64,000 nucleotides of DNA from Fistulifera solaris (GCA_030295235.1 AP026134.1:806001-870000); one strand, 5' to 3'. Shown: positions 1-12,765, counted from the stretch's first letter. Program-made: numbers and translations. Notes: generated by a model from the sequence alone, not told the origin.

Positions 1-204
1 AACCTCCTTGTTGGACAAAATGCAGAAATGAAATCATGTCCCTCATCCGCGTTTCTCGCATCGGACTTGACGCCTTCGACTCACTTTCAAAGCATTTCTT
101 CGCCGACTCTGTAATCCAGCGTACGCATTCAGATTACGCCGGGATTCACTCTACTTTATCCGATGCATTCCTCTGAAAAGCTACCAGTGTTTAATATCAC
201 ACTT

Positions 205-2284
205 TCATGTATGTTGTGGTGCACGAACGGCTATTCGAACTTGAGGGTGGGCAAGGGCAAATGCTCGAAGTTTTTGCATATCTAGTCGAGTCTCCCAGCT
301 GCATGATATCAAAGACTTGCCATTGAGCAAACCAGCATCAAACATCTCCGTAAATAGATATTCATCGCTTATTTTGTCTAATCGGAGACTGGAATCAGTT
401 TTGCGCTCGCTGTGCTTAAAATCGTCTTTATCTTCGCCTTCGACAATCGTGTTCCTCCCTATTGCTGCATTAGCAGTTGTTACCAATAAATACTCTTCGA
501 GTTGAACCAAAACATTATTGGCGCACAGCCATACTACCATCTCAAAAAGAAGATCTTCGACAGGGTTTAGGTCGTTGGTTCCGGTGTCTTTTCGAAATAT
601 GTACGTGCTTCTTTTATTCACCATCGTGAGTGCGCTCGCCTCTAGCTTTTCTCGAATCCAAGTGTCATCAGGTGATGTTCTCCAGGCAGTCATGGCACTG
701 CCGAAAGTCCGGTTATTCCTCGTTAAATAAGCAAGAAGATGATGCACTTGTATATTATCACCGAATTTCTGGGCGAATCCGAGCGATATTTTAGGGAGAA
801 TTCTGACAGGTCGGCAAACTAATCGACTACTCGGCAAAGAACGCTTGATGCTACGCAAGCTCCCTGCTCGATCAGATAATTAGCCAAGTCCAGTGTCAAT
901 TGTAGTGGGATATTTGCTTCTACTGCAGCGTCCGTCAAAGATTTCTGAGGATGAATAACTTGAAGAAGGAGGTGAAGGGTTCGAGGCGGGCCCGATGATG
1001 ACAAGGAGAGAGCCTCAAGAAGTTCCTCAGCAGATGCATGTGGGAATAAAATCGTGTGATACGGCAGTACGTTTGACCTGGAATCCAAATTCTTTGGTCC
1101 ATGTGTCACATCAAGTGACGATACGGCTTCAATGAAAGTCGCCAAATGCCGATTAATAAAAACAATTCCCCTTCGGCCTGAAATCAATGCGGCCGGAGTA
1201 GCGGGAAAACTAATGTCATTTCTGCCGAGCGCATGGAACACTTGGACCAGCTCACGCGCAAGGTTTCCGTGATAATATTGTTTTGTCGTGTTATCGTCCG
1301 TGTCGCTAGCTGCACGCGTATATGTGTCAGCCATGATGATGTCAAGATATTCTTGTTGAAATTCTTCGGAATTTTGAAAAGCCGAGTTCCCACCTGTCCC
1401 CGACCCTTCGCTAGACATGTTCGTAGAACGTTCAATGTAGGAAGATGACCGGTGACGACGGTGACCTTTTGATGCAACTGAAACTGGGCTGTTTGTAGTG
1501 GACGAAGCGCCAGAGACGGCAGCCCCCACATCTTCACTAGATGGGCGAGCCCTGAGCCACTTGCTCTTCAAATCCTGTCGTGTTAGATGAAACTGATGTG
1601 TTTGCGACGAGACGTACTTACAGCGCCGCTCTTCGCGTTCGAGGACACGGCAGAGGCGTGCCAACGACAAATGAACTCTGCGAACAGATAAAATTGATTG
1701 TGAAGTACTACGGCTGTTCCCCGTTCCAATGTTATGTGTTGCGGAATGCGCCCCGGTAGATTGTGTAAGACTATCTTCGTACCAGCCAGTAGTAGGAACG
1801 CTAGAACTCGGTCGTTTCGGAGCCAAAGCAACGATAACGCTGAAGAGAATGAGATCATTGTTGGATGATGCTGCAGGCGAAGAGAACTCATTCGCTTGAC
1901 CCTTTTCCGTCTGTGTAGTTCCGTTTTCTTGAGAGCTCTCATCCATTAGCGTAGCAAAACAGCAAAAGAAAGTACTTCCGACAGAGAGGGTCATTGGTTT
2001 CCCGCAAAGGGTAGGCTTCGGTCGAAACAATTTCGCCATTTGACGCGGTGGTAGTTTAAAGAAAAGATCTTCGACTCCTTCCGAAAGGGGGGATGTGGGG
2101 TAACGTAAAACCCTGCAATGAAGAGAGATAAAAAGTTCAGCGAGCAAAGATTATTGGTGAGCTCGTTATTGACGTCCACGTTTCCTTACATGCTTGCTCC
2201 TTTACCGACTCGGTCGACCACGAAAGCGATGCCGATAGCACGGAAAGAAGACTCCGCATCGAAAGTCTCGGAATCGTGCTTCAT
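205..2284 (-). CDS. NPRL3: GATOR1 complex subunit NPRL3/Npr3 homologue (intron 2113-2189; one frameshift near 830)
   Basis: Spliced N-terminus IGIAFVVDRVGKGASMVLRYP. Motifs MAKLFRPKPTLCGKPMTLSVG, LEREERRCKYVS, LARELVQVFHAL and LPYHTILF match NPRL3 blocks. ORFs 819-2147 and 205-858 join by one indel. 3' end uncertain. Confidence 0.8.
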
Positions 2285-2734
2285 CGATTGAGATGGAGCT
2301 TCCTGTGATTGCCTCTAATGTTAGACTACTTTGTTGGGAATATAATGATTCTTCAGAGAAAAATAGTCTATTTTAACATGCTGATCGTATTTTTTCTTTG
2401 TTGCAAATGATTTTTGTTTTACTTTTGGTTTGTCCTCCGGATCTTTAGGGACTGAAAGCAAGCTTGCGGGTCACTAGCGTGAGGTCACATTCTTGCCAAA
2501 GTTCAGGTTGACGAATGACGTACGAATTTCGAGTCCCATTTCTCGTTGAGAATTGTTCCAGTCCTGAGTTGGCAGCGTACCTTTTGCTAACAAAATCGTA
2601 CGTTGAAGAACGGATCTCGCGATCCTCCCGATCTTCAAGGCAACGCGCAACCATCAAGGGCGAGTAGCGCGAAGCAGACGCCGCACGTTGTGAATTTTAC
2701 AATCTTGTCCATCTGTAAACTTATACCTATCACC

Positions 2735-3416
2735 ATGAAGTTTTCTGCTCTTGTCTGCGCCCTTGCCGCTACCTCGGCTGCCGCCTTCGCTCCCGCCGTC
2801 AGCGAGGTAAGAACTGTGACGATTGCCAAGGCTTACTTTTATTCCGGACTACTCTCGTCCGTCAACAGTCACTACTTGCACATTTGACTCACATCGTTAC
2901 GTCGTTGCCTGTGGTTCTTTTTTTACATAATAGCGTGCTAGCACCAGCTTGAACTCGGTCGACCGCCGTGCTGCTTTCGGACAGATCGCCGGTGCCGCCG
3001 CTGCCGTTGCTGCTTTCCCTCAGCTTGCCAACGCTGATGGTGCCGTCTCTGCCGCCACTGTGAACCGCGCTCGTGGTATCTACGGAGACCGCATTGCCGC
3101 TCTTAAATCCGCTGTTGAAAAGGGTGACCTTGATGCCATTGTTGCTGAAAAGAATGCCTTTGTTCTTTTCAACTCGGGCGCTTACCCCACTGCAAAGAGC
3201 AAGCAGCAGAAGAAAGCCGCCATTGAAGGAACCAACGCAATCTTCAAGGCTATCAAGGCTGGTGATAAGGCCGCTGTCAAGTCTGCCTACAACAGCTATG
3301 TTGCTGCCAACGATATCTCACCTCTTCCGGCCGTTGATGCTAACAAGGGACAGGGATACTCTGGCGACTTTGACTTCCGAGTTAGAACCAAGGCCGGTGC
3401 CATTTACGTTCGCTAA
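2735..3416 (+). CDS. psb31: Photosystem II extrinsic protein Psb31 precursor (intron 2807-2933)
   Basis: Signal peptide plus AAAFAP plastid motif, then a twin-Arg lumen signal (DRRAAF...ANA). Mature sequence DGAVSAATVNRARGIYG...FNSGAYP...GQGYSGDFDFRVRTKAGAIYVR. The GT-AG intron restores the frame. Confidence 0.9.
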
Positions 3417-4198
3417 GATTTGACAGTTTGGTTCGTGTGATAATGTCAATTTCATTGTAGCGATCGAATGTTTTGAGTTGGACTAGCACGATCTTCCTGG
3501 GATACACACCTGATGAGTTTTCTAGAAATATTTTTAAAAGAAAACGTTTCGTAGACCACTTAGACGCCTCTGTAGACAGCGAATGATTTTGAGGAATGAC
3601 TTTCGGTTCACAATTGAAGATAAAATATTCGTAAAAAGTGTTACGGAGCACAAAAAAAGTAGACGTATTGGGACAGCATCGTTTTCATCAAACGACTTAC
3701 ATTTTTTGGTTTACAAGCGTGAATCGAATACAAAATCCAAAACGGGCGTAACAAAATCAAACACTATTGATAAAAGAAAAAACTTATGGTCGTCTACGGA
3801 TGAAGTACCTGGTATTGGAAGCTCAGTTTCCTATTCAAAACTGCTGGCTGCTGGATGTAATTACCAGGTACAGTCCTTAATTACAACCCGCTACGACATA
3901 AGGATAAATCCTGACAGGTTTATCAGTACCGGTAAGGCTTTATAATTTTTTGTTTCAGTCGGACGAACAAAGGACTAAATTGTTGCTCCGCGACTGATCC
4001 GAGCAGTTCTGAAACATGTTATTTGTTATTTTACGCATGAAAACTTCACAACCAACACTCGTTGCCGAATTCCTTCTCGCTGAAATCTGGTCGTATAAAG
4101 GTTGTTATCTCTGACAGACTCTTCTTTCTTCATTTGATATTAACGATTGAATGGTAAGTGGATGAGCAAGTGAACCGCTTTGCTCGATAAAATCAACT

Positions 4199-4984
4199 AT
4201 GAGACTCTTGCAGAATCTGTGGAAGAATAATGATCCTTATCTTCACCCACCGCAACATCGGCACCAACCGTCTCATCCGACGGTCATCAGTCCTGGCTAT
4301 CATGTAGGTCCTACCTACTCTCCGCCTCATCATATGTATTCTCAGCAAAGAATGCCGCCACCTCCACAACAACTGTTACCGCAACAACACCAACAACAGC
4401 AGCAATATCCACCTCAACAATACGCTCACCAGACTCCTCAGAAGCCGGTTATGAAGCCACCGCAGCCACCACACCCCAATGCAGCACGAGTGACTACAAC
4501 GGTGCGAGTACCTCCTCCACCTCGAGTGAAACCAGAAACGCGAGAAAATCTTGCTGAGGAAACGACGCCCGCGTCGACACGCGATGTGGTGAAGAAGTTT
4601 ATCGCTGACATATGGAATCGTGGTGAAGTCGATTTGATACCAGAAATCTGCAGTACAGGCTTGAGGTTCAACGGAAACACCGGTTTTGATCGAGTAGGAC
4701 ACGATGGGCTTGCGCGAATGGTGGGAACAATACGAGACGCTTTGGATGATTACCATTGTGAGATCCATAGCATGGTCGTAGAAAACAATAAAGCATTTTG
4801 CCGCTTGAGGTTCACTGGGAGACACACCGGGAGTTTACTCGGGTACGAGCCGACGAATAAGATTGTTGCTTGGATGGGTGCTACTGAATTTACATGCCAA
4901 AATGGTAAAATAGTGAAGGTCTGGGAACTAGGCGACGTGAAAAGCTTAGAAGAGCAACTCAGTAATGATGTCGTTGAGGATTAA
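4199..4984 (+). CDS. SnoaL-like ester cyclase domain protein with a P/Q/H-rich N-terminus
   Basis: VVKKFIADIWNRGEVDLI...MVVENNKAFCRLRFTGRHTGSLLGYEPTNKIVAWMG...GKIVKVWELGD is the SnoaL/NTF2-like ester cyclase pattern. Confidence 0.8.
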   Translation: MRLLQNLWKNNDPYLHPPQHRHQPSHPTVISPGYHVGPTYSPPHHMYSQQRMPPPPQQLLPQQHQQQQQYPPQQYAHQTPQKPVMKPPQPPHPNAARVTTTVRVPPPPRVKPETRENLAEETTPASTRDVVKKFIADIWNRGEVDLIPEICSTGLRFNGNTGFDRVGHDGLARMVGTIRDALDDYHCEIHSMVVENNKAFCRLRFTGRHTGSLLGYEPTNKIVAWMGATEFTCQNGKIVKVWELGDVKSLEEQLSNDVVED

Positions 4985-5603
4985 AAGCACTTCATTGGAT
5001 CGCACGGGGTTTTGAGACCAACGAAGCACCTGCCTAGTTTTAGCTACTTCGTGACCTCTTTGAAATTGAGATTTGTCCTTGTCCAATATTATCCCCCTTT
5101 CCAAGTTCCTATTATTTACAATGATTGTTTCTTAACACATTAACACCTTTCCAAGTATCAATTAATCTAAATGGTTACGTTGGTTTCATCACTGACAAAA
5201 GATTGTCGTCGCGAAACATCGTGTCGATGGCTGCCAAAATTGTGGACAACAGATTAGGCGCGCCGCGTGCCCTAGACAAAAAATATTTTGGAGCGTGATC
5301 GTAATCTTGCTCCGTATACCTGGTAGAACGCTCTCCGCTCTCACAGAAATGCTAATCATCAAGAAAGTCATTGATTATTTTGGGCCTGGTCTTAATACTG
5401 TTCTCCGCTATTTCCTCCTACTCAAAAAGGCCCTTTTAACTTTTATACACTGCAACACATTTTCTTGCACGGAAAAATACGACCAAAACCAGTGTTTATT
5501 CCATCTCTTGTCATTGAATGGATCGTGCAATCAAAGCAGCGAACCACGAACAATCATTAACACGCGAATCCAATCTACAAAGGACAGAAGAGCTACACTT
5601 ACC

Positions 5604-6766
5604 ATGATTTCCGCGACATCTCCGGTTGCACGAGTGCGGCTGTTCTTGTCGATCGGGCTCCTAATGACTGATTTCGTTTTCTCTCATTCATCGCGCCATA
5701 TCGGCATGAGCGGGGATTTTGTCAGCCGCGGTCTTCAAGCTTTGACAGATGGCCCTACTGACCTTGACGAAATTTGCGCAGTTGTGCAAGAAGCTTTCAC
5801 AACAGATGTGCGGTGCGAATGCTTCGGATCACCCGAACGATTTTTGAGCATAACCTGCGACTATCAGTCTTCGATTTGTGGTGCATCTGGAGAAAATTGC
5901 GGCCGTCCTCTCATCGGTGTCTCAGTTGTAGAAGGCAAGATGTTTTCTTCGACTAGCTGTATTCGAGACTATCAGCGAGGTAGTCGCAAGCTTATGGGAG
6001 AAACTTGCATTTCAGTGACTGCTTGTGAGAACCCTCAAGATGGCCTTTGCGGGTGCATCGCTAGCTACGAGTCCCAAGTCTGCAGCAGCTGCAACGTATG
6101 TGAAGGTGGGGCGGGACTCTCTTTGACTGCACCAATGTTAATGCAGAGGCTGTTTCAGAACCTTGTAAAAAGATCGACATGGATCTTGATCTCGGTGGAG
6201 GTGCCGGTATTCTCGGTAATTTTTTGCCCGAAATGGCGGGTTTGTGTACCGGATTAGAACGCGCTCTTGATAATCGTGTGAGCTGTGATTGCTCACAGGC
6301 CAAAGGTGGCTCCTATACTATTACATGCAAGACAGAAGAAGATACTCAACAACAAGACAAATCAGTGTCGGTTCTTTCGTCTGTGGACGTCATTGCAGGT
6401 GCCGTGCATACTGTCACGGCGTGCACAGACCACCCTGATCCCTATGGCAAAACTTGCACGGCGCTGCAGTTTTGCGAGCATGATTCGGAACGTGTGTGTT
6501 CATGTTTGGCAACATATGATGATAAGTCGTGCCAAATGTGTCAAGTATGTGACGGTGGTGAAGGTGTTCAAGTCGACTGTTCCAACGTTTTCGAGCAAGC
6601 TTCTGTTCAAGAGTGTCAATCGGTCAAACAATCGACAAGTTTCGAGTTCGTTCCCAGTTTTCCATTTATCGAAAGCGAAAAGAATGTTGTAAAGAGTGAC
6701 GCCACACCAATTCACGCTTCCTTCGCGGTCCTGATTGCCGGATTCCTCGTCTTGTCGTCGGTTTAG
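5604..6766 (+). CDS. Secreted, probably GPI-anchored protein with two Cys-rich repeats (frameshift near 6122)
   Basis: Hydrophobic N-terminus and RGLQ motif. Two internal repeats ending C..C.VC.GG.G...DC[TS]NV. C-terminal SDA followed by a hydrophobic tail. Confidence 0.7.
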
Positions 6767-7197
6767 CTTAGATCGATTGAGACTGAGCATTGTAAAAATT
6801 AAATAGTAAGGAGTGATAGCTACGATAAGTCGGTGGCTGTTGTTGAAGGACTGCCTATTTGCCGCTTGTAGCAATTGTATGCTATTGATTTGGCTTGGTA
6901 ATTCTTCCTATAAACGGTCCAAGACTCGACTTCTTTGTGCGCGACTTTGTGTGTAAATTTTGCTATAGTCCCAAATTGTTGGTTGTTTTCGCAATGACTG
7001 TATTTTAGTAACAAATGTGGATTTTCTACTTAGACATTGGGTACCGGTAAGATATTATGGTATTCCCGGTGTGAGGTTTTTCCCCGTCATTCCAACGCAT
7101 GCAAAAACACCACACACTTTGACTTGTTCACCAACGCCTTCCATATCCTCGTCCATACCATAGCACACGCAAGTTCACTTCCCATCATTCTGTGATC

Positions 7198-9354
7198 ATG
7201 AGGAACTCTTGCAAGCCCAAGGTATTATGCCTAGGATTATCCTTTGCGGATATTGAAGGCCAGTTATCGAAGCTTCAGATAGGCAAAAGAGATAGAAAGT
7301 TTCGAGACTGTCGGAATGGCTCCGTCGATGCGGTCGTTCGTAGTGTCCGTCGATGTCTGTTATCTGAAATGGACGGTCGCGATTTAGCTCGATGTATTAG
7401 CACGGAGAGAATATGCGGTGTCGATGTGTATACCGTTAGCCAAGAGAAGGGAGCTGTCTATCGTGACGATCGGCATTTGGACGCTAATTTTAATCGGCAC
7501 GATTTTGTCAAGAATTTACGAAAGCGATTTGGAGAAGACTGCTGTTTTGACGAAATCATTCTGGACTACTTTTGGATTCCGCAGGGATGGGATGCTTCTC
7601 ATTGGTCGAAATCCTTTTTGAAAAAACCTTAGTGTCATTTGCAGCAGAAAATATGCTCCGTGAGGGAACTGGTGCTATTTATCTTCCATTTTGCTTACAT
7701 TGCTTCAAGTCCGTGCGTATGACCTTTCACAAACTAAAACAATACTTCAACGTGTCCTTCATTCGAAAGAACGAACTATCAAAAATTTCTCTGTGGAAAG
7801 GCACACAGGGCATTGATCCCTTCAACATGCAGCATTTTTTGGGAAAGAAACTCAACCAAGAAGATATCTACTGTACATTCGGGCCAAGGGATGTCGCGGA
7901 GGCTATGGAGGATTCAGGAATCTCAAAGTCTGTACTGATCAAACTCGCTAGATCTCTGGAAGACTTTCATTCTATTCGATTTATTTGTCTCACGCTGCTT
8001 CCTGGCAAAAGACCTGCTTTGACTAAAAAAGACATTCGGTTCATTCACCGGATGTATTGCTCCATCCAAAGTTGAGCGGGGTTTTTACCAAATGGAACTG
8101 GACTCTCTGAGCAATATAAAAGCTGAAACTAATATTATCAGTTGCACGCCTGCTCGGAGAACAACTTATGAGACGAAACCTGAAACAGCTAAAGTACGGC
8201 GATGCCTATTCCCAGCCGAAGAGTCTGGACACTCTGCTTTTGTGTCGGAATCCTCAAATTCGGAGATAAGCACTGAAAGCACGGTGGCTATTTCTCTGCA
8301 AAGTGCTCTTGGAAGCCGCGTCAATAACGCATCGAATTTCATAAACGTCTCGGACAACGTGCTGGCTCGAAAGCGGGGACGTCCTCCAAAAAGTGATGTG
8401 ACCTCAAGCAAGATCTCCAGCATTGGTTCACCGTCATCGAATTTGATAACCAACTCAGAGAAACCGTGGCCTCGAAAGCGGGGACGTCCTCCAAAAAGTG
8501 ATATGACCTCATGCAAGAGCACAAGCATTGGTTCACCGTTATCGAATTTGATAACCAACTCAGAGAAACCGCGGCCTCGAAAGCGGGGACGTCCTCCAAA
8601 AAGTGATATGACCTCATGCAAGAGCACCAGCATTGGTTCACCGTCATCGAATTTGATAACCAACTCAGAGAAACCGCGGCCTCGAAAGCGGGGCCGTCCT
8701 CCAAAAAGTGATATGACCTCATGCAAGAGCACAAGCATTGGTTCACCGTCATCGAATTTGATAACCAACTCAGAGAAACCGCGGCCTCGAAAGCGGGGAC
8801 GTCCTCCAAAAAGTGATATGACCTCATGCAAGAGCACCAGCATTGGTTCACCGTCATCGAATTTGATAACCAACTCAGAGAAACCGCGGCCTCGAAAGCG
8901 GGGACGTCCTCCAAAAAGTGATACCACCTCATGCAAGAGCTCGAGTATCGGTTCACCATCAGTAAGGGACAAAATTGTCACTATGATAAAGCACAATCAC
9001 AGTTACAATACCCGAAGGAAGACGTCGTGCTTCAAATTCGTCCCCGCCATAGTTACACCAGTAGGAATTGCAACACCTGACATACAGTGTTCGCCGATTT
9101 CAAACGGATACGAGAGAAGCCGGTCACAGAGTCCCACGCAAGTTCGATTATCTCCCAAGGCGCTGTTCCCTTCCTGTCTTGTATCCAACACATTCGATGC
9201 TATGCCTCGACATTATTTCGACATTAAGTCTCAAGGCGAAGCGGGCAATTCTCCGACACGTGACGTCGCACGAAGCTTGTCTCCTGGAAGAGAAAATGAC
9301 AGTGTCCCTATTGAGATACAAGAAGCTGACATTTGGCGCGTTTATTCAGTATAA
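7198..9354 (+). CDS. Methyltransferase-like (Rossmann) domain plus six AT-hook repeats (frameshifts near 7620 and 8028)
   Basis: ORFs 7192-7632, 7572-8075 and 8092-9354 join by single indels at T/A runs. Motifs KVLCLGLSF, FDEIILDYFWIP and MLREGTGAIYLP, plus six KRGRPPK. Confidence 0.65.
8366..8960 (+). repeat. Coding tandem repeat, 105-bp unit (35 aa), ~5.7 copies, one AT-hook per unit
   Basis: CGAAAGCGGGG recurs at 8368, 8473, 8578, 8683, 8788 and 8893 (exact 105-bp period) with few substitutions. Confidence 0.97.
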
Positions 9355-9580
9355 CTATGACTATGTTGAGAAAAGGTCGCTTTACCTAGTTAGTGCAATG
9401 TAGGAACACAAAGATTACCTTTGAAAGCAAAGTTTTTTCATCTATGCCGCTGCATGAGACTATCGACAATCAAACAAGGATGATCCTGAGGGTGAACGCA
9501 TCGGTAAGACTCGGTCAATCCTTTCGCTACTTTACGTATTAAGATCAATTCATAACAACACATCGTTAGATGCTACATAT

Positions 9581-11285
9581 TTAAATGAGAGGGTCTTCGT
9601 CACCTCCTTTCGCGGTAAGAATTTCAATTTCCTGGTTCTTCGGTTTCCAAAATTGCAGTGCACTGGCTGCGCTTGCAAGTGTTTTATTGTCTTGTCGTCT
9701 GTTTGAAACGGCAGGCTCCAGAGAATCGGAGACGACCCTTTCTTGGACGCCTTCGCACGCATTCGATGCATCAACATCATTTGGCAAGGTGCTTTTTCCT
9801 CTTCCTTTGAACTTGAAATTAAACTTGGTCACCCGCATCTCAGACTTCTTTTCATTCGATTGTCTGGCATCGAGTTCTAAATTAGCCTCTTGACTTTGTT
9901 GATCCGTCTCATCTTGCTTTAGCGCCTTCTGGAGAACTTCATTTTGACGAGTTGACAGACTTTCTGCCCTAAATGTAACCGAGTACATCGATTGCGAACC
10001 ATCAGCGTCGTCGGCGAGCTCTTCATTGCTACTAGCTCTCAAGCTTTCAATAAGTTGATCCATTGTGCACCCATCAGGTACCTCAACATTGTTGATGGCG
10101 ATGATGCGCGAGCCTAGGGAAGGCTTTTTGTTCTTTGTGTCGTCGAAGTCGTTGTAGCCGGAAACAACGAATATTGATTGACGACCGGAGTCTCGACGCT
10201 GATGGCGCCCTTCTTTGTCAACTTTACTGTGAAAAAATTGATGTGAAAGGGTAACCCAACATTTCTCTGCTTCTCGGTCTCGCCTACCATCTTCGTCTGT
10301 TCAGCTTCAGGCGCCAATAATGCCCTCGTCAATTCGGCGTTCGGTTGCTTGGCTGTTGGAGTGCTCATAGTATCATCGTGCAGCTCCAGAATTTTGATGC
10401 CTACTTTAGACCCTCGTGGAAAATATAAAGTGGTGGTTTGGGCCTTAGAAGATATTGATGGCGATGAGTCGTCACAAGACGAATGGGATGCATCCGATCT
10501 TGGCGAAGCAGATCTATGCGTTTGTAAACGAAGGGTCGCGATTCCTTCGTCGGTAACTAACGAAGATCCACTGCAAGAAAATAAAGAATGGTCATCTCCA
10601 TAGCCGTCCTCAAGGTGAATAAAATCCAATCCGTCTGATAGGTTGCTATCAGCTGAAGTTGCTCGGTTTCGATTGGCTTGGAAAAGAAGATTCTCATGAG
10701 CCTGCAATTGGTATGCAACTTTTAATTCTTCAAATTCTCGTTCTTGATCCTTTGACGCTTTTACCTTTTTCATATACTTTTTCATGCAGCTCGCAAGGTA
10801 TCGCTTCTCTTCCGATTTCCTCTCCAATTTGATGGCCAACTTCTTGTTGCGCTCGGTGAGTGCCTCAACATTCATCTCTAGCTCTTCGTTCCTTTTCTGC
10901 AACGACTTGATAAGCTCGTGCAAAGAATCGACTTCAGCGGCATGACTGTCAGATTCGTCTTGCAGAATGGCCAATGATGATTGAAAGCGATGGATGCTTT
11001 TGGTGAGTCTCGCAATCGGAGTGCTGTGTAAACCGTGAGATCTCTCTAATTGAGCCAGTGCGTCAGCCAGCGGAAACCCCTAGACTTCGACCTCGATGCC
11101 TTCGGTGAGTTCAAAATCTCGGACTGATATTCATCGCTCTTCATGGCGGCCAACTCCGATAACACCGACAGGCAGCTCAGCAGCGAACTGAGTTGAGCTT
11201 CAGCTGAAGCCACATTTTCATTAGAGCTGCTTTCATTCCCTCGACTCGCACATTGCTCTGGGGTGATAAGTCCTGTTTGCATCAT
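9581..11285 (-). CDS. Coiled-coil protein with a split PDZ-like domain (several frameshifts)
   Basis: Heptad region LHELIKSLQKRNEELEMNVEAL. PDZ-like pieces TLYFPRGSKVGIKI...LGSRIIAINNVEV...MDQLIESL...YSVTFR lie across ORFs 10114-10974 and 9581-10063. Confidence 0.55.
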
Positions 11286-11819
11286 AGTACTCAGAGCCTC
11301 AGATGGTAGTCGTATGATTGTCTTAGCAATTGACACCTCAGATAATGCGTGCGATAAAGGACAAGCGCAGCAGAAATTCGGCTCAGTCCTGCAGCTTCTT
11401 CGAGCCACGAATGGTAAATAGCTGACTTGGTTGTGTCTAAAGATAATCCGATCGAGTGCAAAGTACTTATCTTTCGAACAGAACTTGATGGATGTTGCTT
11501 GACACTTCTGTGAAAAAATAATGCGAAAACGAATCTTGCTTCATCATTCTCTTTTGGCGCACCTCTTCAACAGTCACAAACCCTTATAAGTACAGTCTGT
11601 CGTTATATATTGCGAAACAACCTCCAATCGCGCAAAGGTACAAACGCGAAGTGCCATTTAATTTACTATCTAATTTAAAGTGTTCAGCCTTTTATGATTT
11701 TCCAGGCGTAAGATGTGAATATACGCGGCTGGCGTGTCGAACGCCTGTCACTCTCCAGCTCGAAATAATCGAAGTGCTTTGCTTTGCACTTCGCACTTCA
11801 CACATCACAGCCCAGCACC

Positions 11820-12765
11820 ATGACCGAAATAGCACTCAGTTTAGGGTGTGCGCTCATGGCCTTTGGGCCATTCGTCTCTCTTTTCGCTCTAATTATATAC
11901 CAGAAAGCACAGCTGGTGATTGTTGTTACCACGGCGGCCTTCTTCTTCTTACTGGGCGCTACGCCCGCTTCCTTCTTTTGGTCCATTTTTCACGCGATAG
12001 GTCTTCGCGGGCCACTGGCGGCGATCATTCCGGGAGTGTTCTTTCAATTTGTTGCTAGATGTGCGTTTGTCTCGATTTATCATAAAGTGGAGCGAGTCAT
12101 TCAAGTGACTCTGCAAAAGCAATTGGAAGAAGAGCGTTACGCGGAGGGTGGTGCCGGAAATTCGGATGCGTCAGTTCGACCCGTACAGAGGAATCGCGAA
12201 GAATGGGCTGAAATTGTGAAACTTCGGTTGCAACTGAACGATGCTTCCTGTGGTGTCGCAGCTGGTGTTGGATTTGGTGGGATGCACGCGGTTATGTTCT
12301 TTGGAACGTTGCTTGCTAGTCAGATGAAGAACAATGTTGGCGTTCTCTATCAAGAAAGTTGTCCAGGTATGCCTTCCCTGGCTGTGTCCGCAATATTTGC
12401 GTGCTTGTTCAGTATCCTTGACGTCTTTTTGGATGCTCTTTACGTTCTTTGGGATGCGCCGCCGTCTGATTTACCATCGAGGAACATTTGACGAAACTGG
12501 ATCGCGGGCTATCGGCGGCTGGTTCGGAAATTCTCGCACAGGAGGAAACATGGCACTGCTCTTAACGCTAGTTTCACATTTCTTCTCATCTGTGCTCACG
12601 ACGTCGGACTATTTTAAGATGGGTTGCACCATTTCCTTGTCATCGGTAGGGGCCGTGGTACTTCTGACAGCTTATATCTTTTGGGCAGGAGTAGGTCGCA
12701 TCTACATGCCACCCGCACAGTCTGTGATCTTGACCAATTCCTTGAGCCGAACGCATGCGGAATGA
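11820..12765 (+). CDS. APH1: Gamma-secretase subunit APH-1 (frameshift near 12428)
   Basis: LGCALMAFGP...YQKAQLVIV, FQFVARCAF, VAAGVGFGGMHA (GxxxG), LYQESCPGMP and LVSHFFSS; about seven TM segments. Confidence 0.9.

Noticed and set aside
2735..3416. PsbQ' as an alternative identity
   Set aside because: The mature N-terminus DGAVSAAT and C-terminal GQGYSGDFDFR match Psb31 rather than PsbQ'.
8366..8960. Regular repeat array as a possible CRISPR or satellite
   Set aside because: Units are contiguous with no unique spacers, are a multiple of three, and encode AT-hooks in an open frame.
8166..8996. Long antisense ORFs (276 aa and 206 aa) over the repeat
   Set aside because: By-product of a stop-free repeat unit; the sense frame carries the recognisable motif.
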